From a virus (taxonomy: Duplodnaviria; Caudoviricetes), in the IMG/VR virus record IMGVR_UViG_3300020156_000056, positions 1-39,952 of that record: a stretch of DNA of 39,952 bases; one strand, given 5' to 3'. The first letter of the stretch is position 1. Each line of letters begins with the position of its first letter. The position numbers and the translations under genes were made by a program. This document shows positions 35,008 to 39,952 of this stretch, piece by piece. The notes below the pieces were generated by a model, which was given only the letters and a program-made list of their open reading frames with translations, did no database searches and had not been told where the DNA came from.

Positions 35008-35370
35008 CTATATATGTTCTTCTAAGTACTTAATAGGATCGTCATCTATTACCATATGCATAAGATGTGTCTGCCAAGCAGGACGCGTGGTGTAGTATTT
35101 AGTTTCTTCTGGTTGATAGGTAGTTGAAAAAAGCTCATTAGGGATCAACTCTTCGCCAAACAATGCACGGGCAAACTTATGGTTATAGATAATCTCTTCT
35201 ACTGACCATTCTTCATCAAGGTTGTTCTTTATCCTAACGATTCCATTATCTTGTTGCCAGATGGTAAGCTTCCCTAGATATTCTCCATGCCAGCCATTCT
35301 TAATGGCTTTTTCAATCGCCTTCCGTAGTATTGTTTCAGAAGTCATAACCCATACCTCAACTTGCGCCAT
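35008..35370 (-). CDS. Hypothetical phage protein
   Basis: ILRKAIEKAIKNGW...IIYNHKFARALFGE...WQTHL..MV...DPIKYL. The start is probably ATG 35346. Confidence 0.75.
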   Translation of the reverse strand: MAQVEVWVMTSETILRKAIEKAIKNGWHGEYLGKLTIWQQDNGIVRIKNNLDEEWSVEEIIYNHKFARALFGEELIPNELFSTTYQPEETKYYTTRPAWQTHLMHMVIDDDPIKYLEEHI

Positions 35371-35471
35371 AAACTTGTTAATTTAACTCTGAACGGTGAA
35401 TAAGCACCATAGATAGTGATGGCTTTTTCGTGGCCTGGTGGACGCTTGAAGTATTCGAGTTGTTTCATGTA

Positions 35472-35723
35472 CTAAACCTCACCAACCTGCGCGTCTTTAA
35501 TCATTGATTCAACTTCAACACGTGAGCCTGATAGTTCATAGATCATGGAAAGCAAAGCGCCGTACTCGGGTGTCTGTCCATAAAAGTCATGGCCTTTTCC
35601 GTCGTTAAAATGAAAAGCATCACTGGCTGATTGGAATTCAAGCGTGGCAGTATGGCCTGGGCAACCTGACATTAGACAATCATTCCAACAACTGTATTGT
35701 CTTTCTAATTTAGTGGTACTCAT
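35472..35723 (-). CDS. Hypothetical protein
   Basis: 83 aa, ATGA-coupled to the upstream gene. Confidence 0.7.
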   Translation of the reverse strand: MSTTKLERQYSCWNDCLMSGCPGHTATLEFQSASDAFHFNDGKGHDFYGQTPEYGALLSMIYELSGSRVEVESMIKDAQVGEV

Positions 35724-35986
35724 GTTGTACTAGTCCTTTCAGCGTCGTCAATCCGTTTGTAGTAACAAGTCCGATAAGCTGTACCATCAAAGCGAGTGAG
35801 CCCTTTACATTCCGGACATTCCCATATTTCTACTTCACGGTCTGAAGCTATATAGTCACTATCTTCTCCTAATTGTTCTGGATGTTCCCACAAAATTTCA
35901 GAAGGTATTAAACAATAGTATTCATCATTAGGAAGAACAGTATTACTAAATATGTGATCGCCACATTCACATGCAAATTTACCCAT
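35720..35986 (-). CDS. Small zinc-ribbon-like protein
   Basis: CECG...CPECKG. Confidence 0.7.
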   Translation of the reverse strand: MGKFACECGDHIFSNTVLPNDEYYCLIPSEILWEHPEQLGEDSDYIASDREVEIWECPECKGLTRFDGTAYRTCYYKRIDDAERTSTT

Positions 35987-36212
35987 TACTAGCCCTTTCA
36001 GCTGCGGAAATAACTTCTTCCAGCATTACGAATGGTATTTTGTCTTGTACGTTTATTAAGTGAATGCTCTGGCCGTAATGGAGTTGATGCATAAAGCGTT
36101 GGAGCCATACATCGCCTGACATTGACCCATCTGCTGGTATGTCGGGGATATGGTCTACCGGCTGCATAAGTTCGGCAAGTAGCTCTTTTAATTTAGGTGT
36201 TTCAGCGCTCAT
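35979..36212 (-). CDS. Hypothetical protein
   Basis: Start placed at ATG 36212 after GAAAGGG. Ends in AAERASN. Confidence 0.65.
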   Translation of the reverse strand: MSAETPKLKELLAELMQPVDHIPDIPADGSMSGDVWLQRFMHQLHYGQSIHLINVQDKIPFVMLEEVISAAERASNG

Positions 36213-36513
36213 TGTTACTAGCCCTTTCAGCTGCAGCGATAGCATCACAACTACAGCCTTCGCAGTTATTTGAGCCTTCGCCTAGTTCTTGTTTAAAGCG
36301 TTCTAACCAAAACTCGCCACTGCGGGCATACTGCGCCCACTCTAATTTAGCTTTGATGTATTCTTCTGATGTTATCCAGCCTTCTTCTTTAAAAGCAGCT
36401 TTGATCTGCACGATGGCTTCTTCTACCTGTTTAAATTCTTCTGGTGTGTATGTTTTGCGACCGCTTCTAAATAGTTCAAAAGCAATTTCACGCAGTTGTT
36501 TATCTATATTCAT
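36202..36513 (-). CDS. Hypothetical protein
   Basis: 103 aa. Ends in AAERASN. Confidence 0.7.
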   Translation of the reverse strand: MNIDKQLREIAFELFRSGRKTYTPEEFKQVEEAIVQIKAAFKEEGWITSEEYIKAKLEWAQYARSGEFWLERFKQELGEGSNNCEGCSCDAIAAAERASNNER

Positions 36514-36515
36514 AG

Positions 36516-36728
36516 TTAATCCTGGTTAGAAAATTCTTCGTTAGGGTTCTTTTCGGCTTTCTCAATAGCATCTTCCAGTAGCTTAATAAACTCTCTGGCT
36601 TCAGTTGGTGTACCGATGTTCCACTCATCGCAGCTATGACCAAGCATGATTGCCATTCTTTCTTCGTAGTAGCGGGGATCTTTGCCATACATGATTATAG
36701 GCTTGCCATCTTTTGTTCTACCGTTCAC
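36516..36728 (-). CDS. Hypothetical protein
   Basis: 70 aa, GTG start with GGAGG RBS. Confidence 0.65.
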   Translation of the reverse strand: MNGRTKDGKPIIMYGKDPRYYEERMAIMLGHSCDEWNIGTPTEAREFIKLLEDAIEKAEKNPNEEFSNQD

Positions 36729-36731
36729 GAC

Positions 36732-37004
36732 TTAATCCTCCCCAAACCCAGTAATGACCTGCACTTCGTCTTTATGCTTAAGGCCATAATAAACACTAGA
36801 TTTGATAGTTGAACCACCGTCATACGTCATATTTCCATTCTCACGCACTAAATAGTAATCTGCTAGGTTCTTACCTTGAGATAGCAAATATTCTGCTTGT
36901 TGACGTATGTATTCAGATACGGCGCTATCTTCTATTTTGACAGATTGCTGGGCAATTAGTTTCGTTACAGATTCTAGTGTCTTTAATCCGGTTTCCCTTG
37001 TCAT
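36732..37004 (-). CDS. Hypothetical protein
   Basis: 90 aa, GAAAGGG RBS. Confidence 0.7.
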   Translation of the reverse strand: MTRETGLKTLESVTKLIAQQSVKIEDSAVSEYIRQQAEYLLSQGKNLADYYLVRENGNMTYDGGSTIKSSVYYGLKHKDEVQVITGFGED

Positions 37005-37020
37005 ACTACCCTTTCGTTAA

Positions 37021-37254
37021 CTAATAGCGTTCTTTAAGTTCTATTTCGCCGTACTTTTCTATAGCATCAATGAGCTTTTGGGCATCTTTGATACCTGCGT
37101 CTCGTAGGCCACTTAAATAATCTAGCCAACTATCACCGATGGTGCAGTCAAGGTCTTGATTAAACTTATCGCTATTCTTTAAAGCGTATTTTAACTCGTC
37201 ACTTAATGGTTTTTCGCCACTTGTTCGTGGCCTCCAATATAAATTACTGCTCAT
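37021..37254 (-). CDS. Hypothetical protein
   Basis: 77 aa, AAAGGAG RBS. Confidence 0.72.
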   Translation of the reverse strand: MSSNLYWRPRTSGEKPLSDELKYALKNSDKFNQDLDCTIGDSWLDYLSGLRDAGIKDAQKLIDAIEKYGEIELKERY

Positions 37255-37307
37255 GTCACTCCTTTATAATTAATAGTACATGGACATAAAACCCTTACAA
37301 AACTTCG

Positions 37308-37517
37308 TTAATCTGTGGAACCAGTATCCAAGTGATCGGAAGGTTCGGTGTTGTGATAGCCTAGATCTGTATTTGAGGCGGGATCACTTGTAAGTATCAC
37401 AAGCAGCTCATCAAGGATGCTGAATAAGTCTTCGTCGTATGGTGTCAACCCAATATTTGATTCTCTAGCGTTCCAAAGCTTATCCCGTAATTCTAATAAA
37501 CCTTCAAGTTTACTCAT
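37308..37517 (-). CDS. Hypothetical protein
   Basis: 69 aa, AGGAG RBS. Confidence 0.62.
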   Translation of the reverse strand: MSKLEGLLELRDKLWNARESNIGLTPYDEDLFSILDELLVILTSDPASNTDLGYHNTEPSDHLDTGSTD

Positions 37518-37664
37518 TTGATATACGCTCCTACGTCTTCAGGGATAAAGATGGGTTTCATGTTGTACTTCCAATACATACCGCACAGCCATACACCCAA
37601 GACCTGCCATTGTGGTACAAGACAGTCGGGTAGAACTGGTGGTGTTTAAATAGTTTGTGGAGCA

Positions 37665-37955
37665 TTATTTCATACCTAGATTACTTTTAACGATTGCGAG
37701 AGCGTCACTCCAGCCTTCGTTATAACGGTCTACGTTTGGAGTGATGGGGTTGCCTGGTATGGCTGCCTGTACGTCTTTACGGGCTATATAGTGGGTTTGG
37801 ATGAGTTCCATAATATTTGATGCTATGTACTCAGAATTGGCACTGCCATCCATGAAGATTAAGTCTTTTATTGCCTGTTTTAGCTCTTCTTCGCTATTCA
37901 TAATTGCTCGAAGTACGGCTTTCCATCTTATACTAGGCTGTTTATCGCTATTCAT
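37665..37955 (-). CDS. Hypothetical protein
   Basis: Co-oriented, YNEGWSDAL motif. The start may be internal (MNSEEE). Confidence 0.62.
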   Translation of the reverse strand: MNSDKQPSIRWKAVLRAIMNSEEELKQAIKDLIFMDGSANSEYIASNIMELIQTHYIARKDVQAAIPGNPITPNVDRYNEGWSDALAIVKSNLGMK

Positions 37956-38033
37956 GAGTGGCCACCACTAATCCCATACCGCTACATTCAGGGCAAGTTT
38001 CTTGAGTTTCTCTATCGCACCAGGTACAAGGTT

Positions 38034-38483
38034 TCACTTTTCATCCCCCTTAAAAGCTATCTTAAGAGCTTGTTCGTACTCGGTAATAGCTGAATCACGG
38101 CCAAATACAAAAGCTGCATCGTGGCTATTACCTGTTGACTCGCCAATCTCCGGCTTTGGCTTCACTTCCAAGGCTCGTTTTAATGCCCAGGCGTTAAATG
38201 ATGCAATGGCTTGCGGAATCATGTTGGCGTCTTCTTGATTGTCTTTAGCTTCTTTTTGAGCACGGACAATTACTTCATGTAGAATCGTTTCCAGCTCCTC
38301 ACCCCTTGCAAGTTTAGTCGTTGGGCTAAACTCTTGTTTACTTTGGATTGGCTGCATTGTTTTAGGGTCAAGCTCGATACCGTCACCTCTGAAATATCTT
38401 AAACCGGGATCACTCCCTGCTTGTGATGGTTGGTACGGTATCTTTTCACCCCAGTCTGATATTGAGTTATCTACAGTGGTCAT
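38034..38483 (-). CDS. Hypothetical protein
   Basis: 149 aa, AAGGAG RBS. Confidence 0.7.
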   Translation of the reverse strand: MTTVDNSISDWGEKIPYQPSQAGSDPGLRYFRGDGIELDPKTMQPIQSKQEFSPTTKLARGEELETILHEVIVRAQKEAKDNQEDANMIPQAIASFNAWALKRALEVKPKPEIGESTGNSHDAAFVFGRDSAITEYEQALKIAFKGDEK

Positions 38484-38577
38484 GACTTGTCTCCTTGTAT
38501 TTTCTTGCGGCGCTTCTCAAGATACTTAGTAGCGTTATCAAGAAAGTCTGCAATTGCTTTTAGAGCTTCGTTGTTGG

Positions 38578-38784
38578 TCATAACTGCTCCTTAAATCCAA
38601 GTAGTCGTACCTCGGTTTTGTTAGCTAAATTTTCCAGTAAGTACTGCTCCCAAATTCCGGCAGGTACATCTTTATGTTTAATAGAGCCTTGCCATTCTGT
38701 GTAGCCCTCCCGCTCTAATTGGGTACGTGCTACATCACGGAATTTTTCGCTACTTGCCTTGAACACTTTCCAATGTTTGCTCAT
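38578..38784 (-). CDS. Hypothetical protein
   Basis: 68 aa, GAAGGGA RBS. Confidence 0.65.
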   Translation of the reverse strand: MSKHWKVFKASSEKFRDVARTQLEREGYTEWQGSIKHKDVPAGIWEQYLLENLANKTEVRLLGFKEQL

Positions 38785-38901
38785 GACTGCTTCCCTTCAC
38801 TCCGTAGCTTGGAAAGGCGGTCGTCAGAATGCATTGCTGTGATGTGGGTTTTCACGTTCCAATACTTAACGCTACACACCGGACACTTATGTTTTATTCG
38901 G

Positions 38902-39198
38902 CTATTCATGGTTTTCTAACTCCTTTATGCGGCCTCCAACAGAACCGAGAAGCACACCGTCTTTATCACGCCTGGTGGCTACAGATATGTAGCTTAATTC
39001 ATCAATCCGTGCTTCCCGCTCCACCCGCTTCATCTCGGCTTCAAAGAGAGCTACAGTTTGGTCAACTTCTTCGCTATAATCTGTTCCCTCAAGAACTTCG
39101 CCTGTTTCATCTCTGGTTAATATATGATCTGGCTCACCGTCCGGACTTTCTTCAAGTCCCCATATTTCAACAAGCTTTTCGCGTAGTTCCTTATTCAT
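38902..39198 (-). CDS. Hypothetical protein
   Basis: 98 aa, AAGGAG RBS, REARIDEL motif. Confidence 0.75.
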   Translation of the reverse strand: MNKELREKLVEIWGLEESPDGEPDHILTRDETGEVLEGTDYSEEVDQTVALFEAEMKRVEREARIDELSYISVATRRDKDGVLLGSVGGRIKELENHE

Positions 39199-39237
39199 AA
39201 AATCTCCTTAACTTGTAGGATTATGTTAATTGGTTAT

Positions 39238-39349
39238 GGTTAAAACACACGGAGCTGGCAGTGACCTTGCAAGTTATCGAAGTCGCTTAATCATACTGAA
39301 TGTGCACATTATGATTGCTGCTTCGCCCTGCCAGCTCTATATGTTCTAC
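39238..39349 (-). ncRNA. Hairpin cassette B (present only in the right-end copy)
   Basis: GGTTAAAACACA leader. Inner stem GAGCTGGCAG (39252-39261)/CTGCCAGCTC (39328-39337) with a 66-nt loop. TATGTTC trailer. Confidence 0.6.
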
Positions 39350-39352
39350 TGT

Positions 39353-39460
39353 GGTTAAAACACAGGTAAGTGATGGTAAGCCACCAGGCCTTTCACCTGA
39401 TTGACACACGAAGGTTCAGCTCGGTACTTTGACCACACTTACCATCACAGAGCTATGTTC
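39353..39460 (-). ncRNA. Hairpin cassette A' (same stems as cassette A, different loop)
   Basis: GTGATGGTAAG (39370-39380)/CTTACCATCAC (39438-39448) identical to cassette A, with an unrelated 57-nt loop. Confidence 0.65.
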
Positions 39461-39617
39461 TAGCGATTTCATCGCCACATACACAGCGAAGTTTAATGGC
39501 TACCAAGTTATGCCACTTAATTTGTCCTTTTGCGCCATCACCAGCATAGTGTGTGTCTCTATTTGTGAACTTCCATTCAACAACTATCGTGTGTTCGTGA
39601 ACGTGTTTTTTGTGCAT
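39453..39617 (-). CDS. Small protein (54 aa, MHKKHVHEH...RCVCGDEIART) present only in the right-end copy
   Basis: Read by hand. GAAAGGA RBS. The stop codon lies inside the outer stem of cassette A'. Confidence 0.65.
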   Translation of the reverse strand: MHKKHVHEHTIVVEWKFTNRDTHYAGDGAKGQIKWHNLVAIKLRCVCGDEIART

Positions 39618-39828
39618 ACCATTCCTTTCGTTTATCCGTTACACTTCAAAATCTGTTTAACAGAAGTGAATGTTACAGTTGGGCTATTTGTTAATTACAG
39701 TTGTCTATCCTCAACCGTGAAGGCTATCCAAACAAGGCATTGCCGGAGTTGTGGTCACGCAACCCTCGAAAGAGCTGACAATGCCTTATTGAGTATTCGG
39801 CACTCTCCGACAATGTGATCCTTGTTCT

Positions 39829-39908
39829 TGGGAGTGACAGGACTCGAACCTGCGCTAGGACTACCCTTTCGGGATTCGGTTCCAGCTCCTCATTACGTCA
39901 ACACTCCC
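39829..39908 (-). ncRNA. Second copy of the tRNA-like RNA
   Basis: Identical to 550-629 except for one T-stem change (G-C to G-U) that keeps pairing. Confidence 0.62.
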
Positions 39909-39952
39909 GTGGCTGGGCTTCGTTTTACGACTGAAGCCCCAAGCGTCGTCAC

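Larger units (their letters stand above)
1..39952 (-). mobile_element. Complete or near-complete tailed dsDNA phage genome (podovirus-like, probably temperate)
   Basis: Co-oriented terminase, portal, scaffold, capsid, tail, lysis and recombinase genes. No host housekeeping genes. The ends overlap as a repeat. No tape-measure, tail-tube or sheath gene, but large ejection-type proteins are present. Confidence 0.93.
38997..39952. repeat. Right copy of imperfect terminal direct repeat / circular overlap
   Basis: Matches 1-673, with one extra hairpin unit, one swapped loop and a small-gene replacement. Confidence 0.95.

Noticed and set aside
1-39952. Alternative genetic code
   Set aside because: Long genes are intact under code 11, and TAA, TAG and TGA all occur as stops at gene junctions.

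Overview
The window reads as a complete or near-complete ~39 kb tailed dsDNA phage genome with podovirus-like architecture. Almost every gene is on the minus strand. In transcription order there is an accessory small-gene region, terS/terL, portal, scaffold, an N4-gp56-type major capsid, a LamG/CBM repeat receptor-binding protein, ejection proteins, an HNH-AP2 endonuclease, tail adaptor and nozzle, a lysis cassette (amidase, r1t-type holin), a tyrosine recombinase, a secreted transglycosylase-like protein, an ssDNA-annealing-like protein, a methyltransferase-like protein and an HNH nuclease. The two ends (1-673 and 38997-39952) are non-identical copies of the same locus. Comparing them exposes the most unusual feature: arrays of ~90-140 nt non-coding hairpin cassettes (outer stem, internal loop, 8-12 bp inner stem, 41-80 nt loop). 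Their stems are conserved, while loops are swapped, whole units are gained or lost, and one unit is replaced by a small gene. A second array sits at 4446-5137, and three small genes are themselves enclosed by long inverted repeats. No repressor or replication enzyme is recognisable. Instead, a predicted ~60-nt promoter-terminator RNA (9349-9408) has 24 nt of perfect complementarity to the leader of a downstream operon (7512-7535). All protein calls rest on motifs and gene order read by eye, and the host guess (possibly Patescibacteria/Saccharibacteria) is inference only.
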